Below, piece after piece: positions 1 to 10,001 of a DNA stretch of 57,482 nt. The DNA lies in assembly GCA_012729405.1 (NCBI GenBank), contig JAAYDH010000020.1, positions 1-57,482 on the forward strand, read 5' to 3'. This DNA comes from Erysipelotrichaceae bacterium. Its GTDB lineage: Bacteria; Bacillota_I; Bacilli_A; RFN20; CAG-826. Made by a program: the position numbers and the translations under genes. Position 1 is the first letter of the stretch. Every line of letters starts with the position of its first letter. The notes under the pieces were generated by a model, which was not told the DNA's origin, did no database searches, and was given only the letters and a program-made list of their open reading frames with translations.

Positions 1-43
1 AAAACAAGATTTCTTTATATAATAAAAGAAGGAGAGAAGAATT

Positions 44-484
44 ATGCTTAAAATTTCAATCGGTTCTGATCACGGCGGACTTGATTATAAAGACGAAATT
101 GTGAAACACCTGAAAGAGAAAGGTTATGAGGTAACTGATGTGGGCACTCATACGAATGAGTCTTGTCATTACCCTCAATACGCAGAAGCAGCAGCACACC
201 TAGTCGCTTCACGCGCCTGTGATTATGGTATCGTGTTATGTACATCTGGAGAAGGTGTCATGATTGCCGCCAATAAAGTAAAAGGTATTCGCTGTGGTGT
301 TGGATATAGTGACGAAGTAACCCGCTTAATGAGACAACACAACGATTGCAATATGATTGCATTCGGTCAAAAATTTATGGCTCTCGAAGATGTACTAAGA
401 AGAGTTGATATTTTCTTGAATACGCCGTTTGAAGGTGGACGACACTCTTACCGCGTCGACATGATTAAAGAAATTGAAGATTAA
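44..484 (+). CDS. rpiB: Ribose-5-phosphate isomerase B (RpiB/LacAB family)
   Basis: 146-aa ORF with an N-terminal IGSDHGG motif and RpiB-like sequence throughout. A GGAG-type RBS (aaggagag) lies just upstream of the ATG. Confidence 0.9.
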   Translation: MLKISIGSDHGGLDYKDEIVKHLKEKGYEVTDVGTHTNESCHYPQYAEAAAHLVASRACDYGIVLCTSGEGVMIAANKVKGIRCGVGYSDEVTRLMRQHNDCNMIAFGQKFMALEDVLRRVDIFLNTPFEGGRHSYRVDMIKEIED

Positions 485-501
485 TTAATAATTTTTTAAT
501 C

Positions 502-538
502 AAAAGCACTCTAAATAATTATGGGTGCTTTTTCTTTT
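502..538 (+). terminator. Terminator-like hairpin after rpiB that encloses the comFA start codon
   Basis: Stem AAAAGCAC (502-509) pairs with GTGCTTTT (525-532). The 15-nt loop contains ATG 521, and a T-rich tail (tcttttg) follows. Confidence 0.45.
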
Positions 539-1693
539 GTCTGTCCAATTTGTGGAAACTCTGACCGGAATAGTATTGGTATTAGAAATGGTAAATTTTA
601 TTGTCGGAAATGTATCTCATTTCGCGGACAAGAAGTATTTCAAACCGAGCAAAGCGAAAAGCCTGTTATTTGGGATCTAAATTATGAGTTATCCGAAGAT
701 CAAAAAGAACTCGGAGAGGAGCTTCTAAAAAATTTTATTAAGCACAAAAATTCCTTCGTGTATGCAGTGTGCGGTTCAGGAAAAACAGAAATCACCTTAA
801 GATTAATTTCCTATGCCATTTCAAAAGGAAAAAATGTTGGTTTCGCCGTTCCACGAAGAGATGTTGTCATCGAATTAGGAGAACGATTCAAACAAATCTT
901 TAAAGAGAACACAATAGTAGAAGTTTATGGTGGTCACACAAACACCATAAAAGGCGATTTAATTTGTTGCACGACCCATCAATTATTTCGTTATCCAGGC
1001 TATTTTGACTTGTTAATCCTCGATGAGATTGATGCCTTTCCTTTTCATGAAAATGAGGTCTTAAATGCATTTTCTCGCAGATCAGTGAAAGGGAATTTTG
1101 TCATGATGTCTGCAACCCCGTCTCAAGAACAGCTGCATAACTTTGAAAAGGATGGAGGAATTATTTTGCAACTGTTTACGCGATACCATCGCTACCCTTT
1201 GCCAGTTCCGCGAGTAATAATTGTTTCAAAATCAATGCAAAAACTTGCATGTTATAGGTTAATTAAAAATCTTACACAAAAGGGAAAACCTGTTTTTGTT
1301 TTCACACCAACTATAAGGCTATGCGAAGAATTATTTGGTAGTCTAAAATATTTTTTGCCTCATGGAAACTATGTTCATTCAAAAAGAGAAAATAGACAAC
1401 AAATTATTCAACAATTTAGGGAGGGAAAGTACAAATATCTAATTACCACGTCCGTACTTGAAAGGGGGGTGACGATGAAGGGGCTTCAAGTAGTTGTTTT
1501 TCAAGCAAACCATAGTATTTACAACTCCTATGCATTGATACAAATTGCTGGAAGAGTTGGACGTAAAAAAGAAGACCCGGAAGGGAATGTGATTTTTCTA
1601 TCAAATGAAACTAATCAAGAAATTAACAGATGCATTAGAACAATTGAATGGTCAAACAAGAATCTGCAAAATCTGTTTAAAACCGATACATAA
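521..1693 (+). CDS. comFA: ComFA-like DEAD/DEAH-box helicase (competence protein ComFA)
   Basis: N-terminal Zn-ribbon (CPICG...CRKC), Walker A (CGSGKTE), DEID box (LILDEIDAF), SAT motif and helicase motif VI (QIAGRVGR). It is followed by comFC, as in Bacillota. Confidence 0.8.
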   Translation: MGAFSFVCPICGNSDRNSIGIRNGKFYCRKCISFRGQEVFQTEQSEKPVIWDLNYELSEDQKELGEELLKNFIKHKNSFVYAVCGSGKTEITLRLISYAISKGKNVGFAVPRRDVVIELGERFKQIFKENTIVEVYGGHTNTIKGDLICCTTHQLFRYPGYFDLLILDEIDAFPFHENEVLNAFSRRSVKGNFVMMSATPSQEQLHNFEKDGGIILQLFTRYHRYPLPVPRVIIVSKSMQKLACYRLIKNLTQKGKPVFVFTPTIRLCEELFGSLKYFLPHGNYVHSKRENRQQIIQQFREGKYKYLITTSVLERGVTMKGLQVVVFQANHSIYNSYALIQIAGRVGRKKEDPEGNVIFLSNETNQEINRCIRTIEWSNKNLQNLFKTDT

Positions 1694-2264
1694 TTGGAAT
1701 TTGCATATCTTCTTTAAAACGAATTATTTAATTTGTGCAAAATGTGAGCAAAAATTAGTCCCCCATTTTTACAAATTTAGTATTGGCGAAATTGGAGCGG
1801 TTGCCATTTATAAATATGACGAGGAGATTCGAGGCCTGCTCTATCAACTTAAAGGATGTTATGATATTGAGCTTGGAGGGGTCTTTCTGGATCGTTTCAA
1901 AGATGAGCTAAAAACAATTTATCATGATTATTATCTTGTCCCAGCCCCCTCTTCTAAAAAGAGCGATAGGGAAAGAGAATTCAATCATGTGAGAGCAATA
2001 TTCAACTGCCTAAAATTGCCTTATCTTCCAATTGTTGAGAAATCATTTGATTACAAACAATCCGAACTAACGGTTGGCGCAAGAAAAGAAGCCTTAAGTA
2101 AGTTAAGATTAATAGATAAAACCAAGTTGTATGGTAAAAAAATATTGATTGTCGACGATGTTTTCACAACGGGGGCCACAGTTCAAGGGATTATCAAACT
2201 AGTAAAAACCTTAAATCCGAAGAAAATTAGGGTTTTGGTGATGAGTAAAACCTTTCTCAAATAA
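1605..2264 (+). CDS. comFC: ComFC-like phosphoribosyltransferase-fold competence protein
   Basis: N-terminal 4-Cys finger (CKIC...CAKC) and a C-terminal PRTase motif (ILIVDDVFTTGAT). The only in-frame start upstream of the finger is ATG 1605, which overlaps comFA by 89 nt. Confidence 0.75.
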   Translation: MKLIKKLTDALEQLNGQTRICKICLKPIHNWNLHIFFKTNYLICAKCEQKLVPHFYKFSIGEIGAVAIYKYDEEIRGLLYQLKGCYDIELGGVFLDRFKDELKTIYHDYYLVPAPSSKKSDREREFNHVRAIFNCLKLPYLPIVEKSFDYKQSELTVGARKEALSKLRLIDKTKLYGKKILIVDDVFTTGATVQGIIKLVKTLNPKKIRVLVMSKTFLK

Positions 2265-2394
2265 GCCTTCGGATTTAGCCTAATCTATATAATAGTATTA
2301 GACTAATGCAAATTTGAATGATAAGATAGGAAAGCAAATGCTCTAGCATTTTATGTATTTTGAAAGGCACAATTAGTTGTGTTGGTGACATTTT

Positions 2395-4806
2395 ATGGGC
2401 TTTTTTGATAAAAGAAGACTGAAACTATATGAAAAACAAGCGAACAAGGTTTTGTCTTATGAGAAGACTATGGCTGCTTTAAGCGACGATGAACTCAGAG
2501 CTAAGACGGAGTACTTTAGGGATTTGCTCGCCCACGGCAAAACATTGGATGACATTAAGTTCGAAGCTTTTGCTGTTGCTCGCGAGGCAGCTAAAAGAAC
2601 GCTGGGAGAGTTTCCGTTCAAAGTTCAAATCATTGGAGCGCTAGTTCTTCACGATGGTGAAGTGGCCGAGATGAAGACCGGCGAAGGGAAAACTTTAACT
2701 GCGACAATGGCAGTTTATCTCAACGCGATGGCTGGTAAAGGAATCCATGTGGTTACAGTTAACGAATACTTATCAAAACGTGACGCCGATTGGATGGGGC
2801 AAATATATCGTTTCCTTGGTTTAACCGTTGGAGTTAACTTGCGTGAAAAAACCACATCTGAAAAAAGAGAGGCCCACCTTTGTGATATCACATATACCAC
2901 TAACTCTGAATTAGGTTTTGACTATCTCCGCGATAACATGGCGGTAGATATGGAACATAGAGTATTGAGAGGACTGAATTTTTGTGTCATTGACGAGGCC
3001 GACTCAATCTTAATTGACGAATCTAGAACTCCCTTAATTATTTCTGGTGGAGCAAAGACATCCGCATCCCAATATACAGTGGCGGATCGTTTCTGCAAAG
3101 CGCTGAAGAAGGAGGTTGATTTTGTCATTGATGTTAAAGACAAAACTGTTAATCTAACAGATCAAGGCAACCAAAAAGCCGAGAGAATGTTCGGCATCAA
3201 AAACCTTTATGATCCGGAATTTTCTGAACTAGTTCATAGAATTCACAATGCTTTGAAGGCAAATTATATTATGATTCGTGATGTCGACTATTTAGTCGAC
3301 GCTGAAGGACAAGTTCAAATTATCGACCAATTTACTGGCCGTGTTTTACCTGGCCGTGAGTGGTCAGATGGTCTACACCAAGCTGTCCAAGCCAAAGAAA
3401 ATGTCACCATTAAACAAGAAACCGTTACGATGGCGACAATTACCTACCAAAATTTCTTTCGTCTCTTTAAAAAGATAGCTGGTATGACTGGTACAGCGAA
3501 AACTGAAGAAGAAGAATTCCGCAAAATCTACAACATGCGAGTTGTATGTATTCCTACAAACAAGCCTGTACAGCGCAACGATGCATTAGATTATGTATAT
3601 GCGCACAAGGGGCCAAAACTTGTTGCCTTGATTAAAGAAGTCAAGGAAAGACATGAAAAGGGCCAGCCAATTCTTATTGGTACCGTTTCGGTTGAATCCT
3701 CTGAAGAGATCTCGGCTCTATTAACTCAAGCCGGGCTCCCTCACGAGGTCTTAAACGCGAAGAATCATGCTCGCGAAGCGGAGATTATTTCGCATGCAGG
3801 CGAAAGGGGGCACATAACCCTCGCTACTAATATGGCTGGTCGTGGTACCGACATAAAGATTAATGATGAGGTTAGAGCTCTTGGAGGATTATGTGTCTTT
3901 GGGACCGAAAGACATGAGTCGCGCCGTATTGATAACCAATTACGTGGACGCAGCGGACGTCAAGGAGATCCAGGATTCTCTAGGTTCTATGTTTCATTTG
4001 ATGACACATTACTTATCCGTTTCGCTGCCGATAAATATCGCGACTGGATTCAAAAGCAATTTGGTGATGAGGCACTTGAAATGAAACTTATTACTAATTT
4101 GATTACTAGCGCTCAAAAGAAGATTGAAGGTATGAACTTTGATATTCGCAAAAACTTACTTGATTACGACGACGTTCTCGCCAAACAAAGACAAATTGTC
4201 TATGACAAACGCGATCGAATCATCGAAGGCAAAAATATTTCCGATATCGTTGATGAAATCTTTGATACAACCGGCGGATTCCTTGCTCAAAAATCTATTC
4301 CTCTTGGAAGTAGAGATCAATTGATTTCTGGAGATTTACTTGTTAAGCAAGTAGAACCAAGATTTTTACCTACTGGATCAATTAAAAAGAATCTCTACGA
4401 AGATTCCCCTGTTGAAGACGTCGGACAAGACCTTGGCGATATTCTCCAAGATCGTTACGAAGAGCGCAGAAAAGAATGGCCACCAGATGTTGCCGAAAAA
4501 GTCGAACGTTCGATTATTTTACATACTATCGACCAGAATTGGACTAAACACATTGACGCGATGGCGAGATTGCGAGAGGGCATTCACCTGCGTAGCTACG
4601 CAAATGTTAATCCGCTACAAGACTATGTAAACGAGGGGTATAGAATGTTTAAAGAAACTCTTGAGATTGCATCTGTCGACGCGGTTCTTAATTTATTGAA
4701 TATCAAACTTGAACTCAAACAGCCAGAAGATAAACCGGCTGATGTTGTTGCTGAACAAAAACCAGCACCAGCACCAGAAGTTTCAAATACGGGGGAGAGC
4801 AAATAA
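2395..4806 (+). CDS. secA: Preprotein translocase ATPase SecA
   Basis: 803 aa with MKTGEGKTL Walker A, DEADSILIDE and TNMAGRGTDI. The C-terminus is a P/A/E-rich tail without the usual Cys-rich zinc finger. Confidence 0.97.
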   Translation: MGFFDKRRLKLYEKQANKVLSYEKTMAALSDDELRAKTEYFRDLLAHGKTLDDIKFEAFAVAREAAKRTLGEFPFKVQIIGALVLHDGEVAEMKTGEGKTLTATMAVYLNAMAGKGIHVVTVNEYLSKRDADWMGQIYRFLGLTVGVNLREKTTSEKREAHLCDITYTTNSELGFDYLRDNMAVDMEHRVLRGLNFCVIDEADSILIDESRTPLIISGGAKTSASQYTVADRFCKALKKEVDFVIDVKDKTVNLTDQGNQKAERMFGIKNLYDPEFSELVHRIHNALKANYIMIRDVDYLVDAEGQVQIIDQFTGRVLPGREWSDGLHQAVQAKENVTIKQETVTMATITYQNFFRLFKKIAGMTGTAKTEEEEFRKIYNMRVVCIPTNKPVQRNDALDYVYAHKGPKLVALIKEVKERHEKGQPILIGTVSVESSEEISALLTQAGLPHEVLNAKNHAREAEIISHAGERGHITLATNMAGRGTDIKINDEVRALGGLCVFGTERHESRRIDNQLRGRSGRQGDPGFSRFYVSFDDTLLIRFAADKYRDWIQKQFGDEALEMKLITNLITSAQKKIEGMNFDIRKNLLDYDDVLAKQRQIVYDKRDRIIEGKNISDIVDEIFDTTGGFLAQKSIPLGSRDQLISGDLLVKQVEPRFLPTGSIKKNLYEDSPVEDVGQDLGDILQDRYEERRKEWPPDVAEKVERSIILHTIDQNWTKHIDAMARLREGIHLRSYANVNPLQDYVNEGYRMFKETLEIASVDAVLNLLNIKLELKQPEDKPADVVAEQKPAPAPEVSNTGESK

Positions 4807-4807
4807 A

Positions 4808-5936
4808 ATGAAAGACATCGTTGCCTTAAAACAACAACTTTGTGCTGTTGGTGACAAAATCAACCAACTCGGGTCTTCTCTTTGACTTTGATCAACTCGA
4901 TTTTGAAGTTGATAAACTGACAGAAAAAAGTAACGAGCCTGATTTTTGGAATGATTCAACTAGCGCCTTAGAAGTAATTTCGCGTCTAAAATACTGCAAA
5001 GACTTAGCCGGGAAATATCGCTCGATGTCAAAGAGCATTCTTGATATCCAAGAACTTCTTTCTCTTGGTGATACCTCGTTCTTCGATGAAATCGAAAAAC
5101 AATTAGACATCATTGAAAAAGATGTCAAAGAATTCGAGCTGCAAATCCTTTTTAGTGGCGAATTTGATAATCTTAACGCGGTTCTCGAAATCCACCCAGG
5201 AGCGGGTGGGACGGAGGCGCAGGATTGGGCGGACATGCTCTATCGAATGTACATGTGTTTTGCGGATATAAAGGGGTTAAAAGTGCTCCAAATTTATAAT
5301 GAACCGGGCGAAGAAGCCGGCATTAAATCAGTCACTTTCAAAGTAGTTGGCCCTCATGCCTATGGGTTGTTAAAAAGCGAAAAGGGCGTACATCGTCTCG
5401 TTCGAATTTCTCCCTTTGATGCCAACAAAAGACGGCATACCTCATTCGCGTCAGTCAATGTTGTGCCAGAATTTAAAAACAATAACTTCAACATTCAAAT
5501 CAATGACAGCGATCTAAAAATCGACACATATCGGAGCGGAGGTGCCGGCGGGCAAAACGTCAATAAGGTTGAAACCGCCGTTCGCATTACCCATTTGCCA
5601 ACTGGAATAGTTGTTTCCTGTCAAATCGAGCGAAGCCAATTATCGAATAAAGAAGTGGCAATGCAGATGCTAAAGAGCAAATTATATTTGCTAGAATTAG
5701 AGAAGCGGAATAACGCTATGAAAGGTATTGTTGGTGAGAAAAAAAATATCGAATGGGGAAGCCAAATTCGATCCTACGTTTTTTGTCCATACACTCTAGT
5801 AAAGGACAATCGAACAAATTACGAAGAAACAAATGTAGAAACAATTATGGATGGATATATTGAAGGATTCATCTACGCATACTTACAAAAGGAGGCCAAA
5901 GAAAATGAACAATTTAATGTCAAAAATAAATCTTAA
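4808..5936 (+). CDS. prfB: Peptide chain release factor 2, expressed through a programmed +1 frameshift (frame 0 runs 4808-4885, +1 frame from 4884)
   Basis: ATG 4808 opens a 25-codon ORF ending in CTT TGA C at 4880-4886. The +1 frame continues as DFDQLDFEV and carries the SPF (RISPFDA) and GGQ (GAGGQNVN) motifs. Confidence 0.93.
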
Positions 5937-6900
5937 AAATTACATCCTGCAAATTGCGGTCGTAATTATTGGTTCGTTCCTATTGGCTTTTGGCAACATT
6001 GTTTTTCTTAGTCCCGCGATGATTAACGCCGGTGGTCTTAACGGAATTTCGATTGTTGTTAAGTCATTCTTTAGTGAGGCGGACCAAAGCCTTGTTTACA
6101 ACGTTACGACAACCGCGCTCTCGATTATTCTTTGGATTGTCGGATTAATTTTCATTGGAAAAGATTTCGCCTTCAAGACATTGCTTTCCGCAATCATGGT
6201 TCCTGCTGCGACCGCATTTTTCTCTTTTGTTCCTGGCGTGAGCGATTGGTGCATTAATATTTCAAACGCTGTTGTCGGCGACATCGGCGGTACATTCGAA
6301 GTCGGACGCATAATGCTTGCTGGTATTACCGGCGGGGTTATCGTCGGAGTGGGTGTTTCAATCACGTTCGTCGGTGGTGGAAGCACTGGCGGGGTTGATG
6401 TCCTTAATTTCATACTCAATAAATATCTCCACATTAAGCAATCTGTAGGCAGTTTTATTATCGACGGGGCGACCATTTTTATTGGTATGCTTATTATTCT
6501 TCCTAATGTTTCCGATGCCGCTGATTACTTAGTGCAATGTTTGTGCGGAATTATATCCGCTTTTATCACCGCCATACTTATCGAATATGTTTATATCGGA
6601 GCCCAAACGAGCTACAAGGCGGAAATCATTTCTTCAAAATGGCAAGAAATTAGTGACTATGTACAAAACGTCATTGGACGCGGCGCAACCATCGTCCGCG
6701 CTGAAGGCGGATACAAGGGTGAAGAAAGAGTTATACTCACTGTTGTCTTTGACAAAACACAATACACAAAAATTCGAGATTTTATCGTTAGAACAGATCC
6801 CGCCGCCTTTATTACCTTTACCCAAACCAACGCTGTCTATGGAGAAGGCTTCAAAAGTGTAAATGTAAATAAAAAAGTTAAAAAGAAGGCGAAAAAATAA
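5905..6900 (+). CDS. YitT-family membrane protein (DUF2179 C-terminal domain)
   Basis: Multi-TM N-terminal half plus a soluble C-terminal domain ([11 protein letters not shown]...ILTVV) typical of YitT. Start chosen at ATG 5905, behind aaggagg at about 5889; it overlaps the prfB 3' end. Confidence 0.8.
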   Translation: MNNLMSKINLKNYILQIAVVIIGSFLLAFGNIVFLSPAMINAGGLNGISIVVKSFFSEADQSLVYNVTTTALSIILWIVGLIFIGKDFAFKTLLSAIMVPAATAFFSFVPGVSDWCINISNAVVGDIGGTFEVGRIMLAGITGGVIVGVGVSITFVGGGSTGGVDVLNFILNKYLHIKQSVGSFIIDGATIFIGMLIILPNVSDAADYLVQCLCGIISAFITAILIEYVYIGAQTSYKAEIISSKWQEISDYVQNVIGRGATIVRAEGGYKGEERVILTVVFDKTQYTKIRDFIVRTDPAAFITFTQTNAVYGEGFKSVNVNKKVKKKAKK

Positions 6901-6913
6901 TTTAAAAAATTTA

Positions 6914-8896
6914 ATGGACACAGAACACAAATTTGAACTTGTATCATCTTTTAAACCCACCGGCGACCAGCCTCAGGCAATTAAACAGCTTGTCGATGGT
7001 ATTTTGAGCAACCGTAAATTTCAGGTTCTTTTAGGCGCAACAGGAACCGGCAAAACCTTTACGATGGCAAACATCATTCAAAGGGTGCAACGACCCGCTC
7101 TAGTCCTCGTTCACAACAAAACTCTCGCAGGACAACTATATTCAGAGTTTAAAGAACTCTTCCCAAATAATAGGGTAGAATATTTTGTCTCTAACTTTGA
7201 CTTCTACCAACCTGAAGCATACATTCCAAAAACTGATACCTACATCGACAAAAACGCTGTCATGAACGATGAAATAGAGATGTTAAGAACATCGGCGATT
7301 AACTCTGTTATTGAGAGGCGCGATACGATCATAGTTGCCTCAGTTGCGTCTATTTATGGATTGACAGACCCGGATGAGTATCGAAACCTTGTATTTAATG
7401 TTCGAGTCGGTGAAACAATCAATCGGTCTGATTTTTTTAAGAAACTTGTTGACGCACAATATAAAAGAAATAATCTTGATGCCGTTCCAGGCACCTTCCG
7501 AGTAAGGGGAGATATCATCGAAATAATTCCCGCGAACTCAGAAGACAACCACGTCATTCGAATTGATACTTTTGGTGATGAAGTAGAAAAAATAATGCTC
7601 GTCGATTTGTTAACAGGAGAAATAAAAAATAATTACCATACATATCCCATTTTTCCTGCTTATGATCACGCATCAGCAAGAAATAGAATCAAAGAAGCTT
7701 GCGAAACGATTAAAATTGAACTTGGAGAGCGATTAAAATATTTTAAAGAAAGCGGCAAATTACTCGAGGCAGAGAGATTAGAGAATCGCACTAACCAGGA
7801 TATTGAGAACATGCAAGAATTTGGTATGTGCCCAGGAATTGAGAACTACTCAAGACACATTGATAAAAGAAAACCAGGTGAAAAACCTTTTTGCCTTTTA
7901 GATTATTTTCCGGCCGATTTCCTTCTCTTTATTGACGAATCACACGTTACATTCCCTCAGCTAAATGGCATGTATCACGGCGATTTGTCTCGAAAAACGA
8001 ACTTGGTTGATTATGGATTTCGTTTGCCATCCGCACTTGATAACCGTCCTCTTAAATTTGAAGAATTTGAAAAAATGATGCCAACGGTCATTTGTACAAG
8101 TGCCACACCGGGAGATTATGAAAGGAAGAAATGCAATGGCGCAATTGTCGAGCAAATCATTCGCCCAACCGGATTGTTAGATCCACAAGTTGAAGTGAGG
8201 AAAACACTTGGACAAATTGATGACCTTCTCTCTCAAATCAAACAAAGAATCATAAGCAATGAGCGCATAATGATTGTTACATTAACAATTAGAATGGCGG
8301 AGGATTTAACCTCTTATTTAAAAGAACGCGGCATTAAAGTGATCTATCTTCACCACGAGACAAAGACTCTTGAGAGAAGCGAGGTAATCTACCAGCTCCG
8401 CAAAGGAAAATACGATGTCTTAGTTGGTATTAATCTTCTAAGAGAAGGTCTTGATATTCCTGAGGTGTCTCTCGTAGCTATCTTGGATGCCGATAAAGAG
8501 GGTTTTTTGAGAAGTTCCCGCTCGCTAATTCAAATCATCGGTCGCGCCGCTCGCAACGAACATGGTCTTGTTGTCATGTACGCGGACAAAATTACGGACT
8601 CGATGCGCATCGCGATTGATGAAACTGACCGTCGTCGAAGAATTCAAGGCCAATACAACGAAGAAAATGGAATTATTCCGCGCACAATTATCAAAGAAAT
8701 TCGTCTGCCAATTCACAACACTGAAAGTGCGATTGAGGAGATGATTAAACTTACAAAGCATGGTTCCAGATCAGAAATAAGCAAGCGAATCAAAGAGTTA
8801 GAAAAAGAAATGAAACAAGCGGCTCATGAGTTTGATTTTGAAAGGGCGGCTGAATTGCGAGATATTATTCTCGAGATGAAAGCGAATATTCAATAA
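6914..8896 (+). CDS. uvrB: Excinuclease ABC subunit B
   Basis: 660 aa with GATGTGKTF Walker A, DESH box, helicase C motifs and a C-terminal UVR domain (FERAAELRD). Confidence 0.97.
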   Translation: MDTEHKFELVSSFKPTGDQPQAIKQLVDGILSNRKFQVLLGATGTGKTFTMANIIQRVQRPALVLVHNKTLAGQLYSEFKELFPNNRVEYFVSNFDFYQPEAYIPKTDTYIDKNAVMNDEIEMLRTSAINSVIERRDTIIVASVASIYGLTDPDEYRNLVFNVRVGETINRSDFFKKLVDAQYKRNNLDAVPGTFRVRGDIIEIIPANSEDNHVIRIDTFGDEVEKIMLVDLLTGEIKNNYHTYPIFPAYDHASARNRIKEACETIKIELGERLKYFKESGKLLEAERLENRTNQDIENMQEFGMCPGIENYSRHIDKRKPGEKPFCLLDYFPADFLLFIDESHVTFPQLNGMYHGDLSRKTNLVDYGFRLPSALDNRPLKFEEFEKMMPTVICTSATPGDYERKKCNGAIVEQIIRPTGLLDPQVEVRKTLGQIDDLLSQIKQRIISNERIMIVTLTIRMAEDLTSYLKERGIKVIYLHHETKTLERSEVIYQLRKGKYDVLVGINLLREGLDIPEVSLVAILDADKEGFLRSSRSLIQIIGRAARNEHGLVVMYADKITDSMRIAIDETDRRRRIQGQYNEENGIIPRTIIKEIRLPIHNTESAIEEMIKLTKHGSRSEISKRIKELEKEMKQAAHEFDFERAAELRDIILEMKANIQ

Positions 8897-8965
8897 TGTT
8901 TTGTTTGCCTTATTGACGCGTTTTATTTATTATTATTAAGCAATCGATAGAAAGGATGAACATAT

Positions 8966-9211
8966 ATGTTAATGTGGTATGACTGGGTCTTATTAGCGGT
9001 CGCAATTGTGATTATTATCCTTACTCTATTGCAAGGTGGTAAATCAGAAGGTGCGTCTGGCGCCATCACCGGCGGCGGATTAAATGTTTTCGTTAAAACA
9101 AAAGAAAGAGGGGCGGAAAAAGTTGTTTCCATCCTTACTCTTATTGTTGCGATTATCTTCTTCATCCTTGCCGTTGTTATCAAACTAATTCAATCCGGCG
9201 CGGCTGTCTAA
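8966..9211 (+). CDS. secG: Preprotein translocase subunit SecG
   Basis: 81 aa with two TM helices flanking a Gly-rich loop (LLQGGKSEGASGAITGGG), typical of SecG. Confidence 0.85.
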   Translation: MLMWYDWVLLAVAIVIIILTLLQGGKSEGASGAITGGGLNVFVKTKERGAEKVVSILTLIVAIIFFILAVVIKLIQSGAAV

Positions 9212-9226
9212 TAATAAAAAAGAATA

Positions 9227-9256
9227 AAAAAGCACTCGATGACTAACGAGTGCTTT
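9227..9256. terminator. Bidirectional intrinsic terminator between secG and the convergent membrane-protein gene
   Basis: Stem AAAAGCACTCG (9227-9237) pairs with CGAGTGCTTTT (9246-9256) around an 8-nt loop. A/T runs lie on both sides. Confidence 0.7.
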
Positions 9257-9259
9257 TAT

Positions 9260-9925
9260 TTAATCTCGGACGACCAGTTCGCCTTTTTCTTTGCGTTTCT
9301 TTTTCTTCTCTTTAACTACAGGAACATTATCAGCTCTTTTGTCTTTTGCAATGGCAACAATGCCGAGGGATAGGACTAACAATCCAATTATCATAATTAG
9401 AACGCCTATTGAAGCATAGACGAAATAGGCCAATTCATCTTTAACGACCCAGAAAATAATGCCGGCGGTTAAGAGTAATACCCAAACGACTAAAGCTCTC
9501 ACCCAAGCCGCATATTTATGTTTTGATTCTTTGTTAACGACAATCAATAAAAACTTAATAAAGACCACAGCGGCTAGAGAAATTAATAGCCATGGTAAAC
9601 AGAATTTGACGAGTGAGATGACCATATTACTAATATTGTCTGCAAAAAAGCTAAACGTCACTCCGAACCCAATTAATGCGCCACTCGTTAAAAGATTTCC
9701 GCTTATGCCATCATATTCGGCCTTACGTTCTGCAATTAGCGTAAACAATAAGTTGAAAATGGCGATTGCATAGCAGTAGCAAGCCACAATAATGCATATG
9801 ACTTTTAGTAAGAAGGTTTCATCCCTCCAGACAAGTGACATGATGAGGGTGATTAGCCCAAGTGAAAATATTACGATCCCTAATACAATGACTAGCCACT
9901 TGTATTCTTTAAATAATTTTTTCAT
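9260..9925 (-). CDS. Hypothetical polytopic membrane protein (about 6 TM, Lys-rich C-terminal tail)
   Basis: 221-aa ORF with repeated hydrophobic helices and a KEKKKKRKEK tail. An RBS (ggaggc) precedes the ATG. No family recognised with certainty; possibly HdeD/DUF308-like. Confidence 0.6.
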   Translation of the reverse strand: MKKLFKEYKWLVIVLGIVIFSLGLITLIMSLVWRDETFLLKVICIIVACYCYAIAIFNLLFTLIAERKAEYDGISGNLLTSGALIGFGVTFSFFADNISNMVISLVKFCLPWLLISLAAVVFIKFLLIVVNKESKHKYAAWVRALVVWVLLLTAGIIFWVVKDELAYFVYASIGVLIMIIGLLVLSLGIVAIAKDKRADNVPVVKEKKKKRKEKGELVVRD

Positions 9926-10001
9926 TTCTGAGCCTCCGTTTCTATTATATACAGGCTGATAGGTATAATATATACTCTATAAGCACAAGGAGAGTATAAA
10001 A

